This document shows, piece after piece, positions 41,502 through 51,009 of a stretch of 64,000 nt of DNA. Both the position numbers and the translations under genes were made by a program. Numbering within the stretch: position 1 is the first letter of the stretch; each line of letters begins with the position of its first letter. The DNA lies in assembly GCA_016191285.1 (NCBI GenBank), contig JACPPA010000033.1, forward strand, positions 137,736-201,735, written 5' to 3'. Source of the DNA: Gammaproteobacteria bacterium (GTDB taxonomy: Bacteria > Pseudomonadota > Gammaproteobacteria > Ga0077536). The notes beneath the pieces are model-generated. The model was not told where the DNA came from, searched no databases, and saw only the letters and a program-made list of their open reading frames with translations.

Positions 41502-43162
41502 GCAGATTGCGCACTTTTCTTCGTTACTCGCGGTTTCGGCACGACCAACTGCGCGGCTTTTTCAGCTTTGATGCGCGCCAACAGGACTGCGGCCGGTTCG
41601 TCATTGGGATCTTGCGCGACGAGTTGGCCGGAGAACGCTTTTTTTAGGATCGATTGACGTAAGGCTTCGGCTTGTTGGAGGGAGGTGGTGATGGTTTGGT
41701 CGAGTTGGTCGGCTTCGGAGAGCCGAGATTCGATGACCGCAACTATGGTGTTTTGTTCAGCAGCTCCACACAGCGGGATAAATACGTCCTTTAGTTGCGT
41801 TGTATTAATTCGTGGCCGACCAATTCCGTGAATTAGAGCTTCAAGTTGTTTATATACCCGCCTCGTTGACAAGAACATCACAGCATAGACGTTACTCAAT
41901 GCTTCGCCGTAGATCCGAACACAAAAACAATCCGCTTTGTTGATGGCCCTTTTTATGTTCGGTGGCAACAATGCAACGCGAACGTTCTCAGTGATAAATG
42001 ACGAGAAAATAATATCTCCCGATGACACCGTATGATTCTTAAGTGACTCATACTTTTCCTCTTTAACGTAGGACACTTTTTCTTCGATAAACTGCAAAGA
42101 TCCGATGTTCTCAAGGCGTACGACTCGCACACCATCGTCAACATAGTCACTGCTTTTTAGGTTCGAGCCAAAAGGACCGTCCGAAACTTCTGCATTTGTA
42201 TTTCCCAAACGAGTCCACCCCCACCCATTCGGCAGCTCTGGCAATTCGGCCAGATCTTCTGAGGTAAGTGGCGGTAGAGGTTTCGGGGCTTTGGGTTTGG
42301 AAATCCCCCCTTGCCCCCCTTTTTCAAAGGGGGGGATCGAAAGCTGTTCGGTATCGCCGGTCGACGTCCCGCTTCGTCGTCCCTTCCCCCTTTGCAAAAG
42401 GGGGACCGAGGGGGATTTCCTGGCTTCCCAAGCGGCGAGTTGTTGCTGATAGCGTTGTGCGCGCTCTTGCTGGATGCGCTTGAGCAACGCGTCAGCGGTT
42501 TCGAGTTTGTCCCGATTCTCGGCACGCCATTGCGCGGTGAGCTTACCTTCGAAGGCGTGTTTCAGCAGCGCTTGGCGATACATCTTGAGCTGCGCGCGGG
42601 CGGTTTTCAGGTTTTCGATGCCCTTGTCCAGCTCGGAAAACAGCTCTTCTATTTTGGCGACGATGCGGTGTTGTTCGTTGATGGGCGGGACTGGAATTCG
42701 ACATGTCACGAGATATGGGGTCGTGACACGCTTTTGACCAACTGCGCCCGTCATATTGTGTTCGGCTTCTCGCCGAAAAGTTTGAGATGAGACGTAGTAG
42801 TACATGTACTTGGCGTTCATGCCAGCCAAAGTGCGAAAAACATGGAATTCGGTGGAGCCAAAACCGATGCCGTTCCCAAGTTCTGGCACTACTGCCATTT
42901 TTCCGTTTTCCATGCAGGGAGTAATTTTTGCGAAAAGAACGTCGCCTGCGCGAAAGGGTGTATAGCCTTTTTTTACTTCTGAGAATCTGCGCTTCAGACT
43001 GACATCGATGATCCCACTTTCCGCTTGGACCGCTGGCATCGGTACGAATGACACTTCCAGTTCATCGGGAATTCCGGTTTTGTCTAGCGTTGGGTTGATA
43101 ACCGTAATTTCATCAATCTTGGCATCGCACCAATTACGCGGTAAGCGGCCTACCTCATCCAT
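41498..43162 (-). CDS. hsdS: Type I R-M specificity subunit S (two TRDs)
   Basis: LP..W, PPINEQHRIVAKIEELFSELD, LRQSILKKAFSGQLV.QDP.DEPA..LL.RI. Confidence 0.94.
   Translation of the reverse strand: MDEVGRLPRNWCDAKIDEITVINPTLDKTGIPDELEVSFVPMPAVQAESGIIDVSLKRRFSEVKKGYTPFRAGDVLFAKITPCMENGKMAVVPELGNGIGFGSTEFHVFRTLAGMNAKYMYYYVSSQTFRREAEHNMTGAVGQKRVTTPYLVTCRIPVPPINEQHRIVAKIEELFSELDKGIENLKTARAQLKMYRQALLKHAFEGKLTAQWRAENRDKLETADALLKRIQQERAQRYQQQLAAWEARKSPSVPLLQRGKGRRSGTSTGDTEQLSIPPFEKGGQGGISKPKAPKPLPPLTSEDLAELPELPNGWGWTRLGNTNAEVSDGPFGSNLKSSDYVDDGVRVVRLENIGSLQFIEEKVSYVKEEKYESLKNHTVSSGDIIFSSFITENVRVALLPPNIKRAINKADCFCVRIYGEALSNVYAVMFLSTRRVYKQLEALIHGIGRPRINTTQLKDVFIPLCGAAEQNTIVAVIESRLSEADQLDQTITTSLQQAEALRQSILKKAFSGQLVAQDPNDEPAAVLLARIKAEKAAQLVVPKPRVTKKSAQSA
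42299..42420. repeat. G/C-tract palindromic doublet, copy A (inside hsdS)
   Basis: AAATCCCCCCTTGCCCCCCTTTTTCAAAGGGGGGGA ... TCCCCCTTTGCAAAAGGGGGACCGAGGGGGATTT. Confidence 0.88.
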
Positions 43163-43208
43163 CACGCCACCGATGCTTCGGGCAGTGAACGCCAGGGTAC
43201 TCCATGAA

Positions 43209-43309
43209 AAATCCCCCTCAATCCCCCTTTTCCAAAGGGGGAAGGTAATGCGGAGACGGGTCGTTCCCCCCTTTGGAAAAGGGGGGCAAGGGGGGATTTA
43301 GGGGATTTC
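43209..43309. repeat. G/C-tract palindromic doublet, copy B
   Basis: AAATCCCCCTCAATCCCCCTTTTCCAAAGGGGGA ... TCCCCCCTTTGGAAAAGGGGGGCAAGGGGGGATTT. Confidence 0.88.
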
Positions 43310-43310
43310 T

Positions 43311-43670
43311 TCACACCCGCTCCTTCACTATTCCATCTATTACCGCCAACACCGCATCGATCTCCAACAACACCTCCCGATTATTAAATCGTAATACGCG
43401 TAAACCCAATTTCGTTAATGCTGCATCTCGCGCCTGATCTTTTGAGATATGTGCTGATTCAAAATGTTGACTGCCATCTAGTTCGATCACCAACTTCGCG
43501 GTGGGACAGTAGAAATCGACAACGAATGCGAGCAACGGCTTCTGTCGATAAAACTGCACACCTTGCATTTGCTTGCGACGAATGCGATGCCAGAGTACTT
43601 GCTCGGCGTCAGTCATGTTGGTTCGCAGCAATCGGGAACGTTCCTTAAGGTTTGGGTTGTAGTGTTCCAT
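43311..43670 (-). CDS. DUF559 (Vsr-like PD-(D/E)xK) endonuclease domain protein
   Basis: LR.NMTDAE..LW, FYRQKP, VDFYC, LVIELDGSQH, D..RD..L...G..VLRF.N. Confidence 0.92.
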   Translation of the reverse strand: MEHYNPNLKERSRLLRTNMTDAEQVLWHRIRRKQMQGVQFYRQKPLLAFVVDFYCPTAKLVIELDGSQHFESAHISKDQARDAALTKLGLRVLRFNNREVLLEIDAVLAVIDGIVKERV

Positions 43671-43671
43671 T

Positions 43672-43771
43672 AAATCCCCCCTTGCCCCCCTTTTTCAAAG
43701 GGGGGATTTAAAATCGGCACTGCACATCCGGTAGGTCTCCCCCTTTGAAAAAGGGGGACCGAGGGGGATTT
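43672..43771. repeat. G/C-tract palindromic doublet, copy C
   Basis: AAATCCCCCCTTGCCCCCCTTTTTCAAAGGGGGGA ... TCCCCCTTTGAAAAAGGGGGACCGAGGGGGATTT. Confidence 0.88.
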
Positions 43772-43773
43772 CC

Positions 43774-46557
43774 TCACGCTACCAACACCTCATTCAGCTC
43801 ACCCAACACTGCCTCAAGCTTCGCCCCAAACAGCTGATGCATCCGGCCCAGCCCACCCTGCCCATCGAACGGCGACATTTCCAGATCGTCGCGCTCGATA
43901 TGAAACGAATTGGCGATGTGGTCGCGGATCATGCGTAGCCAATCCATTTGCGCTTCATTGAATTTCTCACCGCCGCCGGAATGCTGCTTCATGATCCAGT
44001 TTTGAAAATTTCGACGGACGGTATCATCGAAGGTCGCGAGCTTCGAATCCAAGCCGCAGACTCTGCGGATGAGGGCAACTAGCGCGGTTAATTCACTTAT
44101 CGGCTGCGCGCCTTGGTAAGCATCTAATTGACGGTAGGCCTGCCACACGCGCAAGGGCGCGAGCTTCGGTTTATCGGCCTTAAGCTTATCCAGGACCTGG
44201 CGAATCATTTCGAAGCTCAATTCACGTCGTCGGTATGGTTGGCTGAAGAAGATGGTCAGCGCTTCTATGTGGTCTTGGTAGCTCGTTAAGTATTCCGCAA
44301 ACTCGTCAGTGATGGTTTGTGCATGCTGGGCGGCATCCTTGTCCCATTCGGCACGCAACACGCTATCGATATTGTCATGGTCGATGGTTTGTTCTTTGTC
44401 GCGCCGAATGCTGTCGATGAGTTCGATCAAATCACCATTTAATACGCGCGCGGCTTCGGCTACCAGTTGTTGTTGCGCCTGCTGCCGGTGTGTATCTGCG
44501 GGAATAGAACCAGCGGGAAGCTCAGCGAGCTCCACCGCGCGCACTACAACGTTATCGGCATCGATCGCGGCGAACAGCTTGCCGATGAATTGACTGAGCT
44601 CCAGACCCCCAGCCGCTTCGCGGATCCGTCGTTGATCGTCGGTATCGAGTTGCTTGTTGAGCCGCGCCAGCCGCCCGGCCAAGGAACTCACGGTGTCTTC
44701 ATCGCTCGCGCCCAGCATCACGCTCATCGCTAGATCTTTCAGCGGCACGGTGGGTTGGGTGATCAGGGGCTGGCTGGCGGTCTTCAGCGACTTGGTGACG
44801 CCGATGGCATCCACAATCACATAGTGGGTCTTGGCGCTGACAGCGGAAGGGGTGACCTTTTTCAGATCGTCCAAGTCCAGGGTGCGGGTGCCGCGGCCCT
44901 TCATCTGCTCGAAGTAGTTGCGGCTTTTCACGTCGCGCATGAACACCAGGCATTCCAGCGGCTTCACGTCGGTGCCGGTTGCGATCATGTCCACGGTTAC
45001 TGCGATGCGCGGGTAATAGTCGTTCCGAAACTGGGCGAGGACCGACTTTGGATCTTCCCCGGTCTTGTAAGTGAGTTTCTTGCAGAAGGCGTTGCCTTCG
45101 TCGAATTCCTCGCGCACGGTTTGGATAATGTCGTCGGCGTGGCTGTCGGTTTTGGCGAAGATGAGCGTTTTGGGAACTTCGGTACGGCCGGGGAAGATTT
45201 CAGGCAGCTTTTCGCGGAAGGCGCGGATGACCGTACGGATCTGATCGGGGTTAACGATACTGCGATCGAGCTGGGTCGCCGAATACGCCTCATCTTCGTC
45301 TTGCTGTTCCCAGCGTTTCTTGCGCGTGAGTTTTTCGCGTCGCTCAACCTGCTGCTGCGCTTTGATCTGTGCGCCCTGTAAGGTGACCTGGGTTTCAATC
45401 ACATACACTTCATTGCCCACATTCACGCCGTCCGCCACGGCTTTCTCATGGCTGTAATCGCTGACCACATTCTTCCGGAAGAAGCCATAGGTGCGATTGT
45501 CCGGCGTGGCGGTGAGGCCGATGAGATGGGCATCGAAGTAATCGATCACCTGCTGCCACAGGTTATAAATCGAGCGGTGGCACTCGTCGATAAAGATGAA
45601 GTCGAAGAACTCGGGCGGAACTTTGTCGTTATACGCGACCGGCATCGGCGCTTTGGGCAGCCGCAGTTCCGCCGGGTTCAGTTCTTCCGCGGCCTCTTCC
45701 AGTGGCGTGCCTTGCAGGATCGAGTACAGGCGCTGGATGGTGCTGATGCAAACATGCGTATCGCTCGCAATGTACGGGCTCTTCAGACGCTGGACGGTGT
45801 AGAGCTCGGTGAACTTGCGGTTATCGTCGATGGGGGTATAGGACATCATTTCCTGCTCGGCTTGTTCACCGAGATTCTTGGTGTCCACCAGAAACAACAC
45901 GCGCTTGGCGTGCGCGTGCTTCAGCAAGCGATAGATCGACGTGATGGCGGTATAGGTTTTACCGGCACCGGTCGCCATTTGAATGAGCGCGCGCGGACGA
46001 TCCGCCTTGAACGAGGCCTCCAAATTCGTAATCGCGGTTTCCTGGCAATCGCGGAGGCGCAGCGCCTGGGCCGGCAGATGATTCGAATTGAGCACGGGGA
46101 TGCATTGCATGCGCTGGCGGAGGCTGGTCCCCTGCCCTAGCCACGCTTTGAGGGTTTCGGGCCGGTGAAAACTGAAAATCTCGCGCGAGCGCGGCCTGGG
46201 ATCGCGCCCATCAGTGAAGCGGGTGACGATACCGGTACTCTCGTACAGGAACGGGAGGGCCTCCTGGTTGTTCACCCATTTCAGCTTGGCGGCCGCATAC
46301 GCTTCCGTTTGAGGTTCATGTTGCGTGAGGTGCTGACCTTCTTCTTCGCGCTTGGCTTCGATGACCCCCACCGCACTGCCGTTCACAAAGAGCACATAGT
46401 CGGCCGGACCAACATCGGTTTGGTATTCGCGCACCGCGAGACCCGGCCCGGCACGCAAGTCGATTTTCTTGGCTGACTGCACGACCCAGCCCGCTTGAAT
46501 AAGCAGCGCATCGATCTTATCGCGGGCCTTTTGCTCGGGATTTTGATTTTCCGTCAT
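43774..46557 (-). CDS. hsdR: Type I R-M restriction subunit R
   Basis: ADYVL..VIEAK nuclease, MATGAGKT, DECH, GLTATP, QMKGRGTR; start set at ATG 46557 (MTENQNPEQKAR). Confidence 0.94.
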   Translation of the reverse strand: MTENQNPEQKARDKIDALLIQAGWVVQSAKKIDLRAGPGLAVREYQTDVGPADYVLFVNGSAVGVIEAKREEEGQHLTQHEPQTEAYAAAKLKWVNNQEALPFLYESTGIVTRFTDGRDPRPRSREIFSFHRPETLKAWLGQGTSLRQRMQCIPVLNSNHLPAQALRLRDCQETAITNLEASFKADRPRALIQMATGAGKTYTAITSIYRLLKHAHAKRVLFLVDTKNLGEQAEQEMMSYTPIDDNRKFTELYTVQRLKSPYIASDTHVCISTIQRLYSILQGTPLEEAAEELNPAELRLPKAPMPVAYNDKVPPEFFDFIFIDECHRSIYNLWQQVIDYFDAHLIGLTATPDNRTYGFFRKNVVSDYSHEKAVADGVNVGNEVYVIETQVTLQGAQIKAQQQVERREKLTRKKRWEQQDEDEAYSATQLDRSIVNPDQIRTVIRAFREKLPEIFPGRTEVPKTLIFAKTDSHADDIIQTVREEFDEGNAFCKKLTYKTGEDPKSVLAQFRNDYYPRIAVTVDMIATGTDVKPLECLVFMRDVKSRNYFEQMKGRGTRTLDLDDLKKVTPSAVSAKTHYVIVDAIGVTKSLKTASQPLITQPTVPLKDLAMSVMLGASDEDTVSSLAGRLARLNKQLDTDDQRRIREAAGGLELSQFIGKLFAAIDADNVVVRAVELAELPAGSIPADTHRQQAQQQLVAEAARVLNGDLIELIDSIRRDKEQTIDHDNIDSVLRAEWDKDAAQHAQTITDEFAEYLTSYQDHIEALTIFFSQPYRRRELSFEMIRQVLDKLKADKPKLAPLRVWQAYRQLDAYQGAQPISELTALVALIRRVCGLDSKLATFDDTVRRNFQNWIMKQHSGGGEKFNEAQMDWLRMIRDHIANSFHIERDDLEMSPFDGQGGLGRMHQLFGAKLEAVLGELNEVLVA

Positions 46558-46592
46558 AGCGATAGCGAGCTTCGTCGAAGTTAAGCCATTAA

Positions 46593-47441
46593 CTATTTCC
46601 TCACCGCCGCCATCAAGGCCGCGTGACTGTCGAGGAGCTTCAACGTCGCGTCTTTCGACTCCGCGGGGCACGCCAGAATCGCGCGGTTAACGCCGAGATC
46701 GCGATAGCGTTTAAGTGTATCGGCATCAGTCGGCGCCCAGAAAAATGAGATCTCGATATCAGCCAGTTTGCGTCCGTGCCGAATGAGGCGTGCTTCCAGA
46801 TCGGCGAGTTCCACATCGATGTTCTTCATTTGTGCCGGCAGCGGCACCCAGCCGTCGCAATAGCGCGCGACTCTTTCGCGACCCCACGCGGAAGCCGCGC
46901 CCATGATGATCGGCGGATGCGGTTTCTGGACCGGTTTGGGCCACACCCAAATCGGATCAAAGTTCACATGTTTGCCGTGATACGCCGAATCCTTTTCAAT
47001 CCAGCAGGCCTTCATCGCTTCGATGCGCTCTTCCAGCACTTTCCACCGATCGGCGAAGGCCGTGCCGTGATTCTCCATTTCTTCGGCGTTCCAGCCGGCG
47101 CCGATACCAAATAGAAAGCGTCCGTTGGAGAGGAAGTCGAGCGAGGCAACCGCCTTGGCGGTGACGATGGGATCGCGTTCCGTGATCAAGCAAACCCCGG
47201 TCGCGACCTTGATACGCTTCGTCGCGATGGCGGCCGCTGTCAGCGCCACGAAGGGATCGTGAATATGCCAGTAATCCTGCGGCAACTCGCCACCGCCGGG
47301 GAATGGCGTACGGCGGCTCGCGGGGATATGCGTGTGTTCTGGATACCAGACGGATTCAAAGCCGCGGTCTTCACACGCGACGGCGAACTCATCGGGCCGC
47401 ATGGCGTAATCGGTCGAATAGAGCATGGTGCCGAATATCAT
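46593..47441 (-). CDS. LLM oxidoreductase, putative F420-dependent (Rv2161c-like)
   Basis: EDRGFESVWYPEHTHIP, DPF..L, AK.VASLD.LSNGRFLFGIGAGWNAEE, PKPVQKPHPP. Confidence 0.88.
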   Translation of the reverse strand: MIFGTMLYSTDYAMRPDEFAVACEDRGFESVWYPEHTHIPASRRTPFPGGGELPQDYWHIHDPFVALTAAAIATKRIKVATGVCLITERDPIVTAKAVASLDFLSNGRFLFGIGAGWNAEEMENHGTAFADRWKVLEERIEAMKACWIEKDSAYHGKHVNFDPIWVWPKPVQKPHPPIIMGAASAWGRERVARYCDGWVPLPAQMKNIDVELADLEARLIRHGRKLADIEISFFWAPTDADTLKRYRDLGVNRAILACPAESKDATLKLLDSHAALMAAVRK

Positions 47442-47523
47442 GGATGCATTCCTTTTCTTCGGTTGATGGTGACGCGTGGCGGCAAACGCGATACCGGTGC
47501 CGCCGAGGCCTAAGCGTCGGTAC

Positions 47524-48390
47524 TCAATCGATCATTTTTTTCGCGAAGTTGCCGAGCCAGTCTTCGATTTTACTCGGCGACGTGTCGCCGCCCATGCCGT
47601 AGCCTATCAACAAACGCGACACGCCGACGGCCGCCATCGCGTCGACCAAGGCCGGATCCGCTTTCGGTAGCAAGGCGGTGATCTCGATCTCGCTGGGATC
47701 ACGGCCCAGCGTATGGCATTCGGCATCGATGATCTTTTTCAGCGCGATGATTTCCTGCGGTGCATTCAGGGCCGGGAAAAATCCGTTGCCGAAGCGCGCC
47801 GCGCGGCGCGCCGAACCGGCGCTATGCCCCCCGATCACAATCGGCACCCCGTCGGGATGTATCGGCTTGGGGTTCATTTCGACCGGACCCCAGTTGAAAA
47901 ACTTGGAAGCAAAAGCCTCTGGCTGCGGCTTCCATAGCGAGCGCATCGCGCGAATGGTCTCATCGGTGCGCGCGCCGCGTTCCTTGAAGGGAATACCGAG
48001 CGCTTGGAATTCGTCTTCCAGCCAACCGACACCAACGCCGAGCAGAAATCGGCCGTTCGAAAGTTGATCGAGCGTAGCCGCCTCTTTCGCCATGTAGAAC
48101 GGGTGTCGCTGCGGCAGGATCACGATGCCGGTCGCGAGTTTGATCTTGGTCGTAATCGCCGCCGCGTAGGCCAGCGGGAGCAACGGATCGGGCAAGGCCA
48201 TATCGGTCGGGATGGGGATCTTGCCGCTCGGGTCATAGGGATACGTCGCGTGATAGCCCACCGGAATCACCACATGCTCGACCGTCCATAACGACTCCAT
48301 TCCGTATTTCTCGGCCGTGGTGACCAGATGACCGAACGCCTGTGGTTTGGAAAAAGCGCCGACATTGACAAAAAAGACGCCGTACTTCAT
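47524..48390 (-). CDS. LLM oxidoreductase, putative F420-dependent (Rv2161c-like)
   Basis: ESLWTVEHVVIP, DPLLPL, AKEAATLDQLSNGRFLLGVGVGWLEDEF. Confidence 0.88.
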   Translation of the reverse strand: MKYGVFFVNVGAFSKPQAFGHLVTTAEKYGMESLWTVEHVVIPVGYHATYPYDPSGKIPIPTDMALPDPLLPLAYAAAITTKIKLATGIVILPQRHPFYMAKEAATLDQLSNGRFLLGVGVGWLEDEFQALGIPFKERGARTDETIRAMRSLWKPQPEAFASKFFNWGPVEMNPKPIHPDGVPIVIGGHSAGSARRAARFGNGFFPALNAPQEIIALKKIIDAECHTLGRDPSEIEITALLPKADPALVDAMAAVGVSRLLIGYGMGGDTSPSKIEDWLGNFAKKMID

Positions 48391-48552
48391 GGCGAACCTC
48401 CTCTAGAACAAGCATTGTGGGTGCGTCGTTGACGCACGATCCGGGTCAATGAAGTCTGCCACAAGTCGCAGCCCGTCCGACAACGTCAATTTCGGCGCTC
48501 GCTATCGTCGCGTTTAGTTGGGTACGATTAACCTCCCAGCGCGAGGATAACC

Positions 48553-49734
48553 ATGGATCTGTCATTCGGCCCTTACTACGAAGCCTTTCGCGACGAGGTG
48601 CGCGGTTTTCTCGCGGCCCACGGGTCGAAGGCGCCGCGCGTGGTCGATTTGCGCGCACCGGAAACCCTGGCCTGGCAGCGAATGTTACTCACGCACGGCT
48701 ACGCGGGACGCACTATTCCAGTTGAGTATGGCGGCTATGGCGCAGCCCCCGATATGCTCGAGGCGCGGATCATCGCCGAGGAATTCGCCCAGGCCCAGGT
48801 GTCGCCCGGGATCGCGGGCCAGGGCATCATGATGCTGATCCCCACCCTGCTCGAATTTGGAACCGAAGCGCAGAAGCGCGAATTCATCGCACCGACGCTG
48901 CGCGGCGAGCTCATCTGGTGCCAGGGTTACTCTGAACCGAATGCCGGCAGCGATTTGGCAAGTCTTAAAACCCGCGGCGAACTCGCGGGCGATGAGTGGG
49001 TGATCAACGGCCAGAAAATCTGGACCAGCACGGCACAACTCGCCGACTGGATGTTTTGTCTGGTGCGCACGGAATCCGAGCGACGTAACCATCTCGGCAT
49101 CAGTTTTTTGTTGATCCCGATGACGACGGCCGGTATCGACGTGCGACCGATCGTGACGATGACGGACGACGCCAGTTTCAACGAAGTATTTTTAACCGAG
49201 GTGCGCATCCCGGTCGAAAATATCGTCGGCGCACGTGGTGAAGGTTGGCGTATCGCGAACGCCTTACTCGGTCACGAGCGCGGCATGCTCGGTAACCCCA
49301 ATGTGACATTGCAACGTTTCAATGCGCTGGTCGACCTCATGCGGCAGGAGACCGTCGATGGTCACCGGTTAATCGATAATCCCTTGTGGCGCGAGCGCCT
49401 GATGCAGATCCAGGGTCGCATGCTCGCGCTGCGCTGTAACGATCTGCGCTTGTTGTCGGCGCGTCTTAATACGACGCCGGCGCTGCTGGCCGGGATGATT
49501 GTAAAATTCGCTGGCACCGAATTGCGTCACGATCTGGAAGGCCTGGCGATCGATGCGCTGGGCGAACTCGGTGTGCTCTATCGAGGGAGTCCGCTACTCC
49601 GCGATCAAGGCTTTTGGCAACAACACTATATGTATTTTCTCGGCCTCATCATCGGCGGCGGCACCTCGCAGATTCAAAAGAACATCATCGCCGAACGCGG
49701 CCTCGGTCTGCCGCGCGAGCCGAAGATGGCATAA
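48553..49734 (+). CDS. Acyl-CoA dehydrogenase family protein
   Basis: WCQGYSEPNAGSDLASLKT, INGQKIWTS, FNEVF, IGGGTSQIQKNIIAERGLGLPR. Confidence 0.94.
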   Translation: MDLSFGPYYEAFRDEVRGFLAAHGSKAPRVVDLRAPETLAWQRMLLTHGYAGRTIPVEYGGYGAAPDMLEARIIAEEFAQAQVSPGIAGQGIMMLIPTLLEFGTEAQKREFIAPTLRGELIWCQGYSEPNAGSDLASLKTRGELAGDEWVINGQKIWTSTAQLADWMFCLVRTESERRNHLGISFLLIPMTTAGIDVRPIVTMTDDASFNEVFLTEVRIPVENIVGARGEGWRIANALLGHERGMLGNPNVTLQRFNALVDLMRQETVDGHRLIDNPLWRERLMQIQGRMLALRCNDLRLLSARLNTTPALLAGMIVKFAGTELRHDLEGLAIDALGELGVLYRGSPLLRDQGFWQQHYMYFLGLIIGGGTSQIQKNIIAERGLGLPREPKMA

Positions 49735-49766
49735 ACCAAAAGCGTCGCGCATTGTGGCAGACGCTT

Positions 49767-49848
49767 GTGGGAGCCGCTTTAGCGGCGAATCTTTTAGCGC
49801 TTCAAGCAATCCCAGACAGTCAAGATTCGCGGCTAAAGCCGCTCCTAC
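49767..49848. repeat. REP doublet (GTGG/GTAG-type), copy 2
   Basis: GTGGGAGCCGCTTTAGCGGCGAAT...ATTCGCGGCTAAAGCCGCTCCTAC between convergent genes. Confidence 0.85.
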
Positions 49849-49867
49849 AGCGGCGCCGAGCGTGCTT

Positions 49868-50662
49868 CTACTTGCCGCTGAAGCGCGGCTTTCGCTTCTC
49901 GACAAACGCCGTGACCCCTTCACGGAAATCGGCGCGCACCGCGCAATCGGCGAACATCTCCGCTTCCATTTGAAGCTGAGATTCGAACTCGTTTTCAAGC
50001 GATCGATAGAGCAAGCGCTTGGTGTTGCCGTACACATGCGTCGGTCCCGCCGCGAGACGCGCGGCGAGCTTGGCCGTCTCTTCCGCGAGCTGGCCCGCCG
50101 GCGCGACGAAATTGATCATGCCCATGGCCTGTGCGCTCGCGGCATCGATTCGATCGCCAAGCAGCGCAATTTCCATCGCCTTCTTGATGCCTACCGCGCG
50201 CGGCAAATGAAAGCTCGCCGAGCCGTCCGGACTCGTGCCGATATGACAATACGCCAGCGTGAAATACGCCGTGGCCTCCGCGATCACGAGATCGCAGGCC
50301 AGCGCCAGGCTAACCCCAGCGCCGGCCGCCGCACCCGCCACGCTCGCGATGAGGGGTTTCGGCATACGCCGCATCGCGAACATGATGGGATGCAAGTCAT
50401 GAATGCGATTGATGAACTGGGTGCGCAATACTGCGGGTGGCTGGTCGAGCATGCCCGACATCATCTTAACGTCACCACCGGCCATGAAATGTTCACCGGC
50501 ACCGCGTAGCACCACGCAACGCACGGCATCATCCTGCTCGACTTGATGCAGTACATCGCGCAAGCGAGCGCGCATGTCTTGGCTCAACGCATTGCGCGCC
50601 TCCGTACGGTTCAGCGTCAACGTCGCGATGTGGTCTTTAATGTCTAACAATAAATCGGGCAC
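49868..50662 (-). CDS. Enoyl-CoA hydratase/isomerase family protein
   Basis: TLNR...RNAL, FMAGGDV, GAAAGAG.SLALACD, PDGS, EGV.AFVEKRKP.F. Confidence 0.93.
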   Translation of the reverse strand: MPDLLLDIKDHIATLTLNRTEARNALSQDMRARLRDVLHQVEQDDAVRCVVLRGAGEHFMAGGDVKMMSGMLDQPPAVLRTQFINRIHDLHPIMFAMRRMPKPLIASVAGAAAGAGVSLALACDLVIAEATAYFTLAYCHIGTSPDGSASFHLPRAVGIKKAMEIALLGDRIDAASAQAMGMINFVAPAGQLAEETAKLAARLAAGPTHVYGNTKRLLYRSLENEFESQLQMEAEMFADCAVRADFREGVTAFVEKRKPRFSGK

Positions 50663-50860
50663 GGCAGATCTCCAAGGTTATCGTGGCTACGCTTCTAACC
50701 GAAATTGAGACGATCGTCAAAACCAGATTGCTGCCTACGACTACGCAAACGTGGCAATGGGCAGGTTCGCACGTTAAAGTCGCGGTCGATAACAGCGACG
50801 TGATACGAATGGCACTTACAAAAGCAGAAATGCCGGGAAAGATGCGCAATCCTGGCCCTT

Positions 50861-50945
50861 CGTCATTCCGGCGAATGCCGGAATCCAGTGAAACGACGGA
50901 TTCATTGCACACTGGACTTAGTGCTCGGCGCACGGGGTGACGACG
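50861..50945. repeat. CGTC-type REP doublet, copy 2 (degenerate right arm)
   Basis: CGTCATTCCGGCGAATGCCGGAATCCAG...CTGGAC...TGACGACG. Confidence 0.7.
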
Positions 50946-51009
50946 CAAACCCCACTTAATTAAGTGCCATTCCGACGCGACACCGAATAGCCCAGGGGAG
51001 CAACTACCC

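Noticed and set aside
46558..46671. N-terminal extension of HsdR
   Set aside because: Overlaps the 3' end of the LLM gene; the HsdR-like sequence begins at ATG 46557.
49553..50509. 318-aa plus-strand ORF
   Set aside because: Runs through a REP and antisense to the enoyl-CoA hydratase; no recognisable domain.
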